Origin: Dictyostelium discoideum
Taxonomy: Eukaryota
Direction of reading: 5' to 3'
Length of the DNA stretch: 64,000 nucleotides
NCBI GenBank assembly: GCA_000004695.1
Contig: CM000151.3
Location: forward strand, 1,024,001 to 1,088,000
The notes beneath the pieces were generated by a model. The model saw only the letters and a list, made by a program, of their open reading frames with translations. It was not told the DNA's origin and made no database searches. Shown here one piece after another: positions 50,802 to 63,165 of this stretch; position 1 is the first letter of the stretch; each line of letters opens with the position of its first letter. Position numbers and translations under genes: made by a program.

Positions 50802-51280
50802 ATGATGGAATTAAATTTACAAGTTGCCAAACACTCTTTGAAATAATTTGAGAATTATTATTTTGTAATGTTGCATTCAATCTAAAGTCTGGTAAAAGTT
50901 TTGAAAATTTATTGGCTAAATATATTAAAACTGATCCACTTTCATAAAGAATATTTGGTACTTTAAATGTATTATCAATTAATGCTGGAATTCTATTATT
51001 TGAATTATTCTAAATAAAATAATATAAAATAAAATAAAATAAAATAAAATAAAATAAAATAAAATAAAATAAAATAAAATAAAATAATTAAAAATTAATA
51101 TTATTTTTTTTTTATTTAATTTTTTTTTTTTTTTTTTTTTTAATAATTTACCTTTAAATAATCATTAATTGATATTGATTCATATGAAACTCCTAATTCT
51201 ATTAACATTAATTCTACTTTGTAGGTATTTGGTGATTTATGGTCGTTAATAATTGTAAAATCAAATTTATTATTTTGCAT
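50422..51280 (-). CDS. Glutathione S-transferase (paralog 2), 2 exons with a microsatellite intron
   Basis: Exon 1 51152..51280 (MQNNKFDFTIINDHKSPNTYKVELMLIELGVSYESISINDYLK|GTAAAT). The intron 51010..51151 contains (AAAAT)n. Exon 2 50422..51009 (NNSNNRIPALIDNTFKVPNILYESGSVLIYLANKF...GGSQYSIADISNSVWLLHLL...). Phases close cleanly. Poly-N insertion in the C-terminal domain. Confidence 0.65.
51027..51086. repeat. (AAAAT)n pentanucleotide microsatellite in the GST paralog 2 intron
   Basis: Seen directly. Confidence 0.85.
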
Positions 51281-51825
51281 TTTAAAAGTTTTTTTTTTTT
51301 ATGTGTTTAGTTTTTTTTTTTTATATGAAAATAAATTTTTTGTATATGTGTATTTTTTTAAAAAAAGTATTATTATTTTTTTTTTTTTTTTCTAAAAATA
51401 AATTTTTTCAGTGTGGTTCCCACTTTTTGTTTTTGTTTTTAAATTTTTTTTTTTTTTTGTTTTATGTTGGAAATTTGGATTTTTTTGAAAAAAAAAAAAA
51501 ATAAGAAAAAAATAAAAAAAAAAATAAAATTTTAAAAATAGGGGCATATTGGAGAAGCAAAAAGAATGTCATTCTTTTAATAAAATTTTTGATACCAAAC
51601 AATTATACCAAAAAAAAAAAAAAAAACAAAAACAAAAAATAAAAAAAAAGAATTTATTCTTATAATTTTACATATTTTTTATTCTTTTTGTTGATTTCTT
51701 TTTTTTTTTTTATTTTTTTTTTTTTTTTAAAAAATGTTTAATAAAATTTTTTAATAAAAAAAAATTTGTTTGTGTTCTTATAATTTTACATATTTTTTTT
51801 TTTATTTTTTTTTATTATTTTTTTT

Positions 51826-53094
51826 TTAATAATAATCATCATAATTACTATTATAATTATAATTATTATTTTCTTGAGTATAAGGTTTAACTTTTTTATC
51901 TAAAATTGATTGTAAATTTGAAGGATCAATATAAGCGAATTTATCTTTAATGAAAACTGTTTTTTCTTTTTTCTTTTCATTTTCTTTAAATGATTCTAAT
52001 TGATCTTTTGGTAATTGTTTAATTGGTTCATTATTTGCATCTAAGAATAGATAAGGTTTACATTTTTCAAAAGCATCCATTAAATCCTTTGAATAATGAG
52101 TATTACATAAGAAATTGCCAAAAGAAAGAGTAGATCGAGAACAAATTAAACATTTTGATTGATTAATTGAATCTTTTAATGGTTCTAAAATTTCAATGGA
52201 ACTATCTTTTGATACCAAATTTGGTAACTGTTCACCATAGGTAACTGTTCTACCATCATTAACAGCACGACTTTGAAGATATCTAAAAAGAATTAAAAAA
52301 TTTAATTTTAACCATGTAGCATTTCTTTCACTATTATTATTATCATTATGGTACACTATTGGTTTACATGGTTCAGGTCTAATTGATGGTGAGTAGAAAT
52401 TAGTGATTTGCTCACTTGGTACACCCATGTATTTTGTAAAACCGTATTGTGGTATTGAGAAATCTGATTTAAATTTGTCAATAACGTATGGACATTTTAC
52501 TCTATCGATTTTAACTGGATCACCTTTATATCCTTTAAAATATTCAGTGGTGCCTGTGAAATTATAGGTTGATGTGAATTTAGTTGTTGGATTCCATCTA
52601 TTTCTGTGGATTGGGAATGACCCGAATTGGATTAATAAATGATTAGGTTTTAGTAATTCCGGATCACTGAATTCAATTGGAATTAATATTGTTTCGGATG
52701 GTGGCGAATAGTTATAAAATTCATTTGGTTTGGCAGTTCTTTTATCATTGATAATCATTTTAAAAATGAGTAATGTTGAAATTGATTTTTCATAATCCAA
52801 TCCAACAAATTTATAAATTTCTTTTAAAATGTCTGTTTTAGATTTATCCTTAATTGCTATTAAATCACTTTGATAATTACATGCTTTATCTTTAAAATAT
52901 AATACAATATTATTACCAATATCTTTATGAATTGTATAACTATCTTTTACTTTTAATGGATATTCTTTTACTTTATTTGATTTTTCATTATCAATATTTT
53001 TATTTCCAATTAAATTTGAATTCTTTTTAACTATAATTGGATCTTTAATTTTAATTACATAAATGTCATCATCTTTTTCAATATTTTCATTTAA

Positions 53095-53180
<86 letters not shown>

Positions 53181-53842
53181 TACTATTATTACTATTATTT
53201 ATTTGATTATTGGAATAATCTTCTTGTTGATAAAAAGAATTATTATTATAATTATCATTTAAATTATTATTATTACTATAATCATAAGTATTACTATTAT
53301 TATTATTATTATTTTCATAATTATAATTATTATAATAATCGTAGGTATTACTATTATTGGTTGTATCTGTTTGAAAATCATTATTTAAAACTGGTATAAC
53401 TTGATTATAATAATCATTATTATTATTACTATAGTTGTTGTTATTTGTTGTTGAATCATTTTGATAATCATTTTGAATTACTGGTATAATTTGATTATAA
53501 TCATTATTACTATAATAATCATTATTATTATTATTATTATATGATGATGATGAATAATTATTATTATTATAATAATCATTAGAATCATTGCTGGTGGTTT
53601 TATTGTTTATTGAATTATTATTATTATCATCATCAACACCTAAATCTTTTTTTCTATTATTATATTCCCATTCTGTAATAAAACCCATTGAAAAAAGTTC
53701 ATTTAATTTTTCTAATTCGGTTTTTGGTACTTTTTAAATTATAAAAAATAAATAAAAAAATAAATTAAAATAATTAATAATTAATAATAAGAAAATTAAT
53801 AATTGAAAATATAAGAATGAGGAAAAACTAACCATAATCCAT
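51826..53842 (-). CDS. Protein with N/Y-rich prion-like N-terminal half and an ordered about 400-aa C-terminal domain of unknown function, 2 exons
   Basis: Exon 1 about 53833..53842 (ATGGATTATG|GTTAGT). Acceptor ...ttaaaaag| at about 53730. Exon 2 51826..53729. Product starts MDYVPKTELEKLNELFSMGFITEWEY.... The track ORF starts at the internal Met 53688. Confidence 0.55.
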
Positions 53843-54392
53843 TTTATATTATTTTTTTTCTATCTACCAACTATTTTTTTTTTTTTTATTTATAATATTT
53901 TTTTTTTATTTTTAGTAAAAACAAACTTTTTTTTTTTTTTTTTTTTTTTTTAAGCAAAAGAATGAAAATTAATTTAATTTGGCTAATAATAAAAAAAAAT
54001 AAATATATAAAAAAAAAAAAAAAAAAAAAATTAAAAATAAAAAAAACATTTTTTGTGATGGGTTGATCGACCCCATTCATCGAATTTTTTTTAAAAAATA
54101 TTATTAACCCCAAAAAATTCTTGAAAATATCAAGAAAAAAATCTTTTTTTAACGTTTCAAACAATTTATTTCATTTTTTAATTATATAATTTTATAAATA
54201 ATTTCAAAGAAATTAATTATAATTTTAATTATTACATTTTTATTATTTATTTCCAAAAATAGTTTTATTTATTTATTATTATTATTATTATAAAAATAAA
54301 TAAATATAATTATATTAAAATTATTATTATTATATTTTTTTTTTTTTAAACACTTTTTATTTTTTTAATTTTATTATTTTTTTATTTTTTTT

Positions 54393-56159
54393 TTACATTC
54401 TGAAAACACCAAAACCATCAGATGGTGGATTAATTGGTTGATTCATACAAGCACTTAAACTTAAAGCGATAACTTTACGAGAATCTTGTGGATCGATAAC
54501 ACCATCATCCCAACAACGAGCTGAACTGTAATAGATTGAACCTTCTTCTTCGAATTTATCAGAGATTGGTTTTTTGAAAGTATTTTCTTCTTCTGGTGAC
54601 CATTGTTTATTTTCTTTTGCCATGTTATCCTTTTGAATTTGAGCTAAAACAGAGGCAGCTTGTTCTCCACCCATAACAGAGATTTTAGCATTTGGCCACA
54701 TGTAAAGGAAACGTGGACTGTAGGAACGACCACACATACCATAATTACCAGCACCAAAACTACCACCAATGATCATTGTAATCTTTGGAACTTTGGCGGT
54801 GGCAACAGCCATGACCATTTTAGCGCCATCCTTGGCTATACCTTTAGATTCATAAGTTTTACCAACCATGAAACCAGTGATGTTTTGAAGGAAGACTAAG
54901 GGGATACCTCTTTGATTGCAAAGTTCAATGAAATGGGCACCCTTGACGGCACTTTCACTAAAGAGAATACCGTTGTTGGCGATGATACCAACTGGCATAC
55001 CATGTACACGTGCAAAACCACAAATTAAAGTTGTGCCATAGAGTTCTTTGAATTCATCGAATCTACTACCATCGACTAAACGTGCGATAACCTTACGAAT
55101 ATCGAAATTCTTCTTTAAATCACTTGGTACGATACCAGCCAATTCACTAGTTGGATAGAGTGGCTCCTCGGTTTCAGTGATCACTGGTGATGGTTGTTTC
55201 TTTCTATTTAAATTGGACACGATACGACGAGTGATGGCGATGGCCTCGGCATCGTCACGAGCATAATGATCGGTGACACCAGAGGTACGACAATGGAGGT
55301 CGGCACCACCCAACTCCTCGCTTGTTACAATCTCACCAGTTGCAGCCTTGACCAATGGTGGACCACCCAAGAAGATAGTGCCGGTGCCCTTGACAATAAC
55401 CGATTCGTCAGCCATGGCTGGCACGTATGCACCACCGGCGGTACATGAACCCATGACAACGGCAATTTGTGGAATACGTTTTGCAGACATATTAGCTTGA
55501 TTGAAGAAGATTCTTCCAAAATGGTCACGATCTGGGAACACGTCAGCTTGACGTGGCAAATTTGCACCACCGCTATCGACTAAATAAATACATGGTAAAT
55601 TATTCTCTTGGGCAATCTCTTGTGCACGTAAATGCTTTTTAACAGTGATTGGAAAGTAGGTACCTCCCTTCACGGTTGAGTCATTTGCGACAATAACACA
55701 TTCAACACCATGAATTTTACCAATACCTGTGATGATACCACCTGCTGCAACCTCCTCCTTACCATACATTCCCCAACCTGCCAATTGAGAAAACTCTAAA
55801 AATGGTGATCCAACATCAATCAATGCTTCAATACGTTCACGTACTAATAACTTTCCACGTGAAATATTCTTTTGATTTAATTTTTCACCACCACCTAATT
55901 TAATCTTTTCAATATTTTCTTTTAATTGTTTTAATGTTGAATTCATATTAATTAAATTATCTTTATATTCTGCTGAATTCTTATCAATTGTACCATCTAA
56001 AATATTAAATGTTCTATCAGTTGTTGATGATGAATAATTAATTTTTAATAATGATTTTGATGATAATTTTTCACCAACATTATTTATAATTCTACCATTA
56101 TTAATTATATTTTTTAATAATATTTGATTATTTTTTAATAATGAAATTGATTTTAACAT
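54393..56159 (-). CDS. mccB: 3-Methylcrotonyl-CoA carboxylase beta subunit (carboxyltransferase), mitochondrial
   Basis: 588 aa. Near-colinear match to my recollection of human MCCC2 (GGGEK...ISRGKLL-RERI..LID-GSPFLE-SQ-AG...GGIITGIG...[61 protein letters not shown]...[20 protein letters not shown]). N-terminal presequence. The mccB symbol is by analogy. Confidence 0.9.
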   Translation of the reverse strand: MLKSISLLKNNQILLKNIINNGRIINNVGEKLSSKSLLKINYSSSTTDRTFNILDGTIDKNSAEYKDNLINMNSTLKQLKENIEKIKLGGGEKLNQKNISRGKLLVRERIEALIDVGSPFLEFSQLAGWGMYGKEEVAAGGIITGIGKIHGVECVIVANDSTVKGGTYFPITVKKHLRAQEIAQENNLPCIYLVDSGGANLPRQADVFPDRDHFGRIFFNQANMSAKRIPQIAVVMGSCTAGGAYVPAMADESVIVKGTGTIFLGGPPLVKAATGEIVTSEELGGADLHCRTSGVTDHYARDDAEAIAITRRIVSNLNRKKQPSPVITETEEPLYPTSELAGIVPSDLKKNFDIRKVIARLVDGSRFDEFKELYGTTLICGFARVHGMPVGIIANNGILFSESAVKGAHFIELCNQRGIPLVFLQNITGFMVGKTYESKGIAKDGAKMVMAVATAKVPKITMIIGGSFGAGNYGMCGRSYSPRFLYMWPNAKISVMGGEQAASVLAQIQKDNMAKENKQWSPEEENTFKKPISDKFEEEGSIYYSSARCWDDGVIDPQDSRKVIALSLSACMNQPINPPSDGFGVFRM

Positions 56160-56454
56160 TATTATTTATATGTAAAACAATATTGTTTGATTTGAAAAAG
56201 GTTTGAAAACAATTTAAAAAAAAAAAAAAAAAAATCAAAAAAAAATGAAATTTAAAAAAAAAAAAAATTAAAAAAAATAAAAAATGAAATTTAAAAAAAA
56301 AAAAAAAAAAATAATGATCAAAAAAAAAAAAAAAAAAAAATAATCAATTTACCATTCGTTCGGGTTCAATTAATTAATAAAAAAAAAAAAAATAATAAAA
56401 AAAAAATTTTATTATATATTTATTTTATTTTTTATTTTTTTTTATTTTTTTTTT

Positions 56455-57855
56455 TTATGGTAATTTTCCACTTATTAAATTTAAATAAGCTTTTTGAAAA
56501 TATTTAATAAGTGTAAATAATTGAGATCTTAAAATACATCTTGTAATATTATGACCAGCAATACAATCTTTAATAAAAAATAAATCTTTTGTATCACCAA
56601 GTTTCATATCAACCAATGGTAAAACATGATTTTTATTATCATATTCTCTATTATTTTGAAATTTTAATTCTTCTTCTGCATCCATTGGTTCCTTTTTATC
56701 ATTATTATAATCCAATATATTCACCATTGAATTACGATAATCAAATATGTAACCAAAGTATTTGAAAAAGTAAACTAATAAATCTGCTATATCTCTATTA
56801 TCTACAACGTATTGAACCTCTTTAGAAGAGTTTTTAAAACTTTGAATATCTTTATACGATGGTAATAGACCCTTCTTTTGTAATACGAAAATCACCATAT
56901 TCGTTATTGAATAGGACGATAATGTGCCTTGAGATGCGTCATTTATATTTAAAACCGATGCCCAATTCTTACAAAAAATGATTAACACTGGAAGGATGGG
57001 CAATAATTGGCAAAACTCTTTAACCACTCCAGTGTTACCACTGTCTTTGGTTAATGTAATATCACAATGAAACTCTGTTTTTGGGTCAAAGAATTTCACA
57101 ATTGGAACTTTTGCATGTATGATTGGTTTGATGTTATAGAACCCATTGGCTCTTAAAATCGAAGAGAATTGATAGCACCATTTGGTGATATCATTCCTTT
57201 TGGTTAACTCTGTCTCGAAGCTCATCACAATATCAACATCACTCTTTTTCAATGCTAATTGAGTCGATGATGAACCAAATATTTCAACTTTAATTTCACC
57301 AAATTTATTTAAACTTGTTTCTCTTTTGATCACTTCTTCTAATCTCTTTAAAATGATCGTACGATCTCTATAACATCTAACCCTCTCTGAGAGTTTATTG
57401 ATATCAACTGATAATTTCCTTAATATTTCACCATTCAATTTATAATTTTTCTTTGTTTGTGTCTCTAATAACTTTACATTCTCATAGAAATTCTCACCTT
57501 CCAATACTCTATTATCTTCTAAATATTTTAATTCTTTAGCTCTTTTTGCTGTATCCCTTTGTCTTTGATCAACAACTGGTTCTAAATCTTTTTTAATTTT
57601 ACTTGGTTTCTTTTTATTTTTAAGACTAGTAATACTTTTTTTTACTTTTTTTCTTTCATTATTAATATTGCTGTGATCATCATTATCATTATCACTATTA
57701 CTTTTTACAACTTTATGGTGTTTTTTAGTTTTTTTTGACTTTGATTTAAATCTATCTATAGCTGATTCTGTTTTAACTTTTGTGGTTGATTCTGTTTTAA
57801 TATTTATTGTTGATTCAGTTTTAACATCTACTGATCTACTATGAGTTGCTCTCAT
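56455..57855 (-). CDS. Non-canonical poly(A)/poly(U) polymerase (Cid1/GLD-2/TUTase family nucleotidyltransferase) with PAP/25A-associated domain
   Basis: 466 aa. Pol-beta-type NTase motif (IFGSSSTQLALKKSDVDIVM, that is GS...D-x-D). Downstream PAP-associated region (LLVYFFKYFGYIFDYRNSMVNI). K/S-rich N-terminal extension. Confidence 0.7.
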   Translation of the reverse strand: MRATHSRSVDVKTESTINIKTESTTKVKTESAIDRFKSKSKKTKKHHKVVKSNSDNDNDDHSNINNERKKVKKSITSLKNKKKPSKIKKDLEPVVDQRQRDTAKRAKELKYLEDNRVLEGENFYENVKLLETQTKKNYKLNGEILRKLSVDINKLSERVRCYRDRTIILKRLEEVIKRETSLNKFGEIKVEIFGSSSTQLALKKSDVDIVMSFETELTKRNDITKWCYQFSSILRANGFYNIKPIIHAKVPIVKFFDPKTEFHCDITLTKDSGNTGVVKEFCQLLPILPVLIIFCKNWASVLNINDASQGTLSSYSITNMVIFVLQKKGLLPSYKDIQSFKNSSKEVQYVVDNRDIADLLVYFFKYFGYIFDYRNSMVNILDYNNDKKEPMDAEEELKFQNNREYDNKNHVLPLVDMKLGDTKDLFFIKDCIAGHNITRCILRSQLFTLIKYFQKAYLNLISGKLP

Positions 57856-57906
57856 TTTTTATTTATTTATTTTATTTTTTTTTTTTAAAAAAACTATTTA
57901 TTATTA

Positions 57907-57946
<40 letters not shown>

Positions 57947-58689
57947 TTGTATAAATAGTTTTGAAGTATTTGTATAGGTGGCAATAATATAGGAATGGGG
58001 TTTCTCGTTTTTTTTTCACTTTTTTTTTTTTTTTTTTTCCCCAAAATTTTTATTTTTTTTTTATTTTTTTATTTTTATTTTATTTTATTATTATTTTTAT
58101 TTATTTATTTCTTTAAGTTAATAAACATATATATATATATGTTTTACCTTTTATATAAGTTCAAAAAATTTTTTTATTATTTTTTTTTTTTTCATTTTTT
58201 TAAATTTTATATTACACCTATTGATTTTATATCCTTATTTAAATAATTTTTAATCTTCATTTTTTTTTTTTCCTTTTTATAACATTTGTTTGGTTTATAA
58301 ATTTTTTTCTGTAAATGGATATAATTAAATTTAAATTTATTATATTTTATTAATTAAATTAAATTAATTTTTTTTTCTTAGTATTATTGGTTAATAAGTT
58401 TTTTAGGTAAAAGTCATTTATATTCACAAAAAAAAAAAAAAAATAAAAAATAAAAAATAAATAAATTACTTATATAAATTTTTTTTTTTTTAATTTTATT
58501 TTTCAACATCAACATCAACAACTATACTAACAAAAAATTAAATTTAAATAAAGAAGTTGAACCTAATCAACTTAGATGTAAGTTGGTTATTTATTTTTAT
58601 TTATCAATTTATTTTTATTTATTTTTTTTATTTTTTATTTAATTAATTAATTATTTATATATTTATATATTTATTTATTTTTTAAAAAG

Positions 58690-58797
<108 letters not shown>

Positions 58798-60002
58798 ATA
58801 TAAATTATTAAATTAAATTAATTAAAAAAAGTGGTATGTTCTTTATTTTTATTTATTTATTTAATTTGTTTAAATACTACTATTTTTTTATGTACTAATT
58901 ATGCTTCAATGACAGCTGGTTGAAGTAGAATTGCAACAACATTGGTGGTATTATTTTCATCAGCACCACCATCAGCTACTACATTTCATCACCATGGTCT
59001 TACATGTTCCAAAGATCTTTATCATTTTTTGGTTCAGACAGTTCTATTTTATTTCCTTTTATTACAACTTTAAAACTCATTTAAATAATCTTTTTTAACT
59101 TAAGACTATTTTTTATATAATTTTTCTTTTGATTGTGATACTTTGATTTGATATTTCAATAAAGGATCACAATCAAAAGAATATTATTAAAAAATAATCT
59201 GAATTTAAAAGAGATTATTTAAATGATTTTAAAATTGTAATAAATAAAATTCTCATTAATGATTATTCATCAGTTTGTAAAATTTTGGATGGATTACCAC
59301 TAAGATTATTTAAATCTAATGATTTGATAGTTATTTTTTTTTAATATAATAATCTTCCCTTTTGAATTATATAGTATAAATTTCATTTCATATTTACTTG
59401 TGAGTTCATTGAAAATAAATAAAAAAAAAAAAAAATAAAATAATTATTTATTTTATTTATTTTTTCAAATATTATTTTTTTTAAATAAATTTTTTATTTT
59501 TTTTTGTAACTAAAATTTATTTTTTTAAAATAGATATGCATATATCAGAATGGCACACATAATTTCAAGCAATTAAATAATTTTTAATTACTTTTAATAA
59601 AATGGAAGGGTTTCGAAATTACTTAATACTATCAATTTAAATATAATACTTGAAGTATTTTTAATTGATAATTTTGAATTGTTATTGTTTAATTGTTTTT
59701 TTTTTTTTTTTCCCTTTACTTAATTTTTTTTTTTTTTTTTCTCACTACCCTTTTTTTTAGTCAATCTATTTTTTTTTTTTAATTATTTTTATCCATTTTT
59801 AAAATTAAAAAATAAAAAAAAAAAAAAAATTTCTATAAAAAGGTTTCCTTTTTTTAAAAAAATTTAACAGTAATTTCCTTTTTTAAAATTTTAAGTTTTT
59901 TAATAATATTATTTGATTGTGGAAAAAAAAAAAAGAAAAAAAAAGTATAAAAAGAATTTTTTTTAATTATTTATTATATTCAAATTATATTATTAAAACA
60001 AA

Positions 60003-60462
60003 ATGTCAATTATTTACTCTCCAGAAGTACCATTTCAATTATTTGAAGTTGAATTAAGAGATTTAGATGTAAATAGTGAAGAATTTAAGTTTGTTGCCCA
60101 AATTTTCAATGTTGGAGTTCCAAGTACTATTAAGAAAATTCAAGTTGTTTACAATAAAAGTGTTTGGAAAAATTATAATAAAAATTTGGGTAATTCATTA
60201 AAGGAAATTTTCGTGTTCCATGGTTCTAGACTAAATGAGCCAAAATTAATTTATACAAATGGTCTTCTAGTTGAAAAAACCAGTGCGGGTTTATACTTTG
60301 CTTAATCTTCAAGCTACATCACATGGATTTACTCATTCTAATGGTCATTGTAATCAAATTTTCATGTGTAGATTATTAGTTCCAATTGGTCAAGAATCAT
60401 CAAGTGTACATGTTATAAAGAATAATGATCATCATTATCCACAATATTTAATATCATATTAA
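60003..60462 (+). pseudogene. Minimal PARP-fold ADP-ribosyltransferase-like gene, copy 1, interrupted by a 1-bp frameshift at about 60300
   Basis: Frame 1 (60003..60305): MSIIYSPEVPFQLFEVELRDLDVNSEEFKFVAQIFNVGVPSTIKKIQVVYNKSVWKNYNKNLGNSLKEIFVFHGSRLNEPKLIYTNGLLVEKTSAGLYFA*. Frame 2 continues (60271..60462): ...LQATSHGFTHSNGHCNQIFMCRLLVPIGQESSSVHVIKNNDHHYPQYLISY*. Alignment to copy 2 shows a single-base deletion (gc-ttaatc versus gccattaaatc). It could alternatively be a sequencing error. Confidence 0.45.
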
Positions 60463-60663
60463 AAGACTTTTATTGTCTTTTATTATTTTTTAAAAAAAAA
60501 AAAAAAAAAAAGATAATAAAATAAAAAATAATAAAAAAAAAAAAAAAAAAAAGATTATTTTTTATTTTATCAAACCATTTAAAATCTTATTTTCTATTTT
60601 TTATTTTTCATATATTTTTTAGTTAGTTATATATTTTTTTTATTTTAATTTTAAACATTATTA

Positions 60664-60670
<7 letters not shown>

Positions 60671-60752
<82 letters not shown>

Positions 60753-60753
60753 T
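60671..60753. repeat. (ATT)n microsatellite between the two PARP-like copies
   Basis: Seen directly. Confidence 0.9.
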
Positions 60754-61002
60754 TATTTTTTTTTATTTTTTTTTTTCTAATATTAAATTAAGTTTTGAAC
60801 CTAATCTTTAAAATTAATAACCTTTTTTGTATATTTAATTTTTTTTTTTTTTTTTTTTTTTTTTTGTAAATTCTTTAACAAAGGTTTTTTTTTTTTTTTT
60901 TATTTATTTACTTTTTTTTTCAAATTAAATTATTAAATAAGAATGTCACCAATTGTATCAGATAATCTTTGGAAGTCGAAATAAGAGATTTGGATAGAGA
61001 AA

Positions 61003-61428
61003 GTGATGAATATAAATTTGTGGCAAATAACTTTTAAAAAAACAATGAATAGCTTTTTTGTTAAAAAAATACAAGTTGTTTATAATAAAAAGGTATGGGA
61101 TAATTATTATCAACATTGGTTAAAATCAAATCATTCACTTGAAGAACTTTTCGTGTTCCATGGTACATCATTAAATGATCCAAGCTTAATCTACACAAAT
61201 GGGCTAAGGGCGGAAAAAACTCAAAGTGGTTTATACTTTGCCATTAAATCAGAGTCAAATGGTTTCACTTATAAAAATACTGATTGTAGTCAAATTTTTA
61301 TATGTAGAATATTAATACCACGTCAGAATGTATCACCAAGATTTCATGTTATAAAAAACAATGATCATCATTACCCACAATATCTAATATCCTACAACTC
61401 CAAATATAGGAACTCAATTATGCTCTAA
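61003..61428 (+). CDS. Minimal PARP-fold ADP-ribosyltransferase-like gene, copy 2 (N-terminally degraded; ORF from an internal Met)
   Basis: 141-aa ORF: ...KKIQVVYNKKVWDNYYQHWLKSNHSLEELFVFHGTSLNDPSLIYTNGLRAEKTQSGLYFAIKSESNGFTYKNTDCSQIFICRILIPRQNVSPRFHVIKNNDHHYPQYLISY.... Contains H-G-[ST], G-L-Y-F-A and a terminal Y-P-Q-Y-L-I-S-Y, corresponding to the PARP H-Y-E triad with E replaced by Q. Upstream 60943..61002 is homologous to copy 1's N-terminus (ATGTCA...) but is out of frame and hits TAA. Confidence 0.5.
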   Translation: MMNINLWQITFKKTMNSFFVKKIQVVYNKKVWDNYYQHWLKSNHSLEELFVFHGTSLNDPSLIYTNGLRAEKTQSGLYFAIKSESNGFTYKNTDCSQIFICRILIPRQNVSPRFHVIKNNDHHYPQYLISYNSKYRNSIML

Positions 61429-62144
61429 ATTAAAATAAATAAAAAAATAAAATAAAGGATTATTAGAATTCTCCATGAAAAAAAAAAAAAAAAATTTCTT
61501 AATAATATTCTAAAAAAATTTAGTCCTCGTATAAATTTTTAAAAATAGTTATTTTTTTTTTTTTTTTCAAAACTCCAATGATATTATTATTTTTTTTTTT
61601 TTTAAGATATTAATTACACTGTGTAACTAATTCATTCACTTTGGTGTCTTTGAAAAGTATTTGGAATGAACTATTAATTTATATTGATATTAATTTTTAT
61701 TTTTTTTATTATTTCTCTAAACAATTTTTTATTTTTGTGATAGGGGTAAAAAAAAAAAAAAAAAATTTTTTTTCATGTTTTCATTTAGTGTGTGTGGTTT
61801 AAAAAATAAAAAAGGTTTGTCATCCAACTTTTTTTTTTTTTCTTTTTATTATTATTTTATTTATTATTATTAATTAAAACTATTATAATATTAAGTTCAT
61901 TACTAAATAAATTTTTTTTTATTTTATTTTTTTTTTTGTTTTTTTTAATTTTTTTTTTTTTTTTAAATGACCTAAACGAATTCAGTTTGACTTTTTGATG
62001 ATCAAGACTTTTTTTTTTTAATTTTTTTTTTATTTTTTTTTTTTAATTTTTCATTTTTTTTTTATTTTTAAAAAAAAAAAAGGTTTTTTTTTTTTTTTTT
62101 TTTATTTTTGTTACAACATTCATATTAAATAAAAGAAAAAAAAA

Positions 62145-63130
62145 ATGAATAAAATCTTATCAATACTTTTATTAAGTATTTTAATTTTATTTATCCTAAG
62201 AGTGGAATCATATCCAACATATGGTGGATCAAATTCAGCAAATATTAGAAGAGAGGACAGACATTCATTTAGAGCTCCATTCTTACAAAGTGGTACTGGT
62301 ATTTTATATTGGGATATCGAAGGTTCAACAATTGTAAATGATGATTTCATTCGTTTAACATCGGACCAAAAATCATTACATGGTGCAATTTGGAATACTG
62401 AACCAATGGAACAACCATGGTGGGAAGTTGTATTTGAATTTAGAGTACATGGTGCAGGTAGAATTGGTGCTGATGGTATCGCTCTTTGGTTAGTAGATAG
62501 AAAAGAAGGTAATTCTCAAGATTTCTCAATTTATGGTTCTAAAAATTTATGGAAAGGTTTGGCTATTATTTTTGATACTTTTGATAATGATCAAAATGTA
62601 AGTAAAAAAAAAAAATTAAAATAAAAAAATAAAAAAAAACCAACTAACCTTTTTTTTATTTTATTTATTTTTTCTATTTTTATTTTTATTTTTTTAGGGT
62701 GATCATCCATTAATTTCAGTATTTTATAATGATGGTACTAAATTTTATGAAACAGCAAAAGATGGTAGTAATATGAAATTAGGTAGTTGTTCATCAAGAT
62801 ATAGAAATGATAAACATAATGCCAAATCAAGAATTAGATATTATCATGGTTTATTGAGTGTTGAAATCGATCCAAATGGATCAGGTATTTTCGAGAAATG
62901 CGTTCAAGATGTTCGTCTTGATATTCCAACACGTTATACATTTGGTGTTTCAGCTGCCACTGGTGGTTTAACTGATAATCATGATGTTTACTCTTTTGAT
63001 ACCTTTAGTTTAGATGCTTCAGTTTCAAATCAAAATACAAATAATTATAATAATGTTCAATTTGAAAGAGAAAGATTAGAAAAACAAAGATTAGAATATG
63101 AATTACAACAAACTCAACAACAACAAACTC

Positions 63131-63165
<35 letters not shown>

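Noticed and set aside
54660-55570. Four short ORFs overlapping the MCCC2 gene on either strand
   Set aside because: They sit inside a highly conserved CDS, and the GC-richer codon usage there creates spurious open frames.
58566-58580. cttagATGTAAGTtgg as a possible ATG-only first exon with a GTAAGT donor
   Set aside because: The ATG overlaps the donor. It reads ATG TAA in frame, and no downstream exon could be joined.
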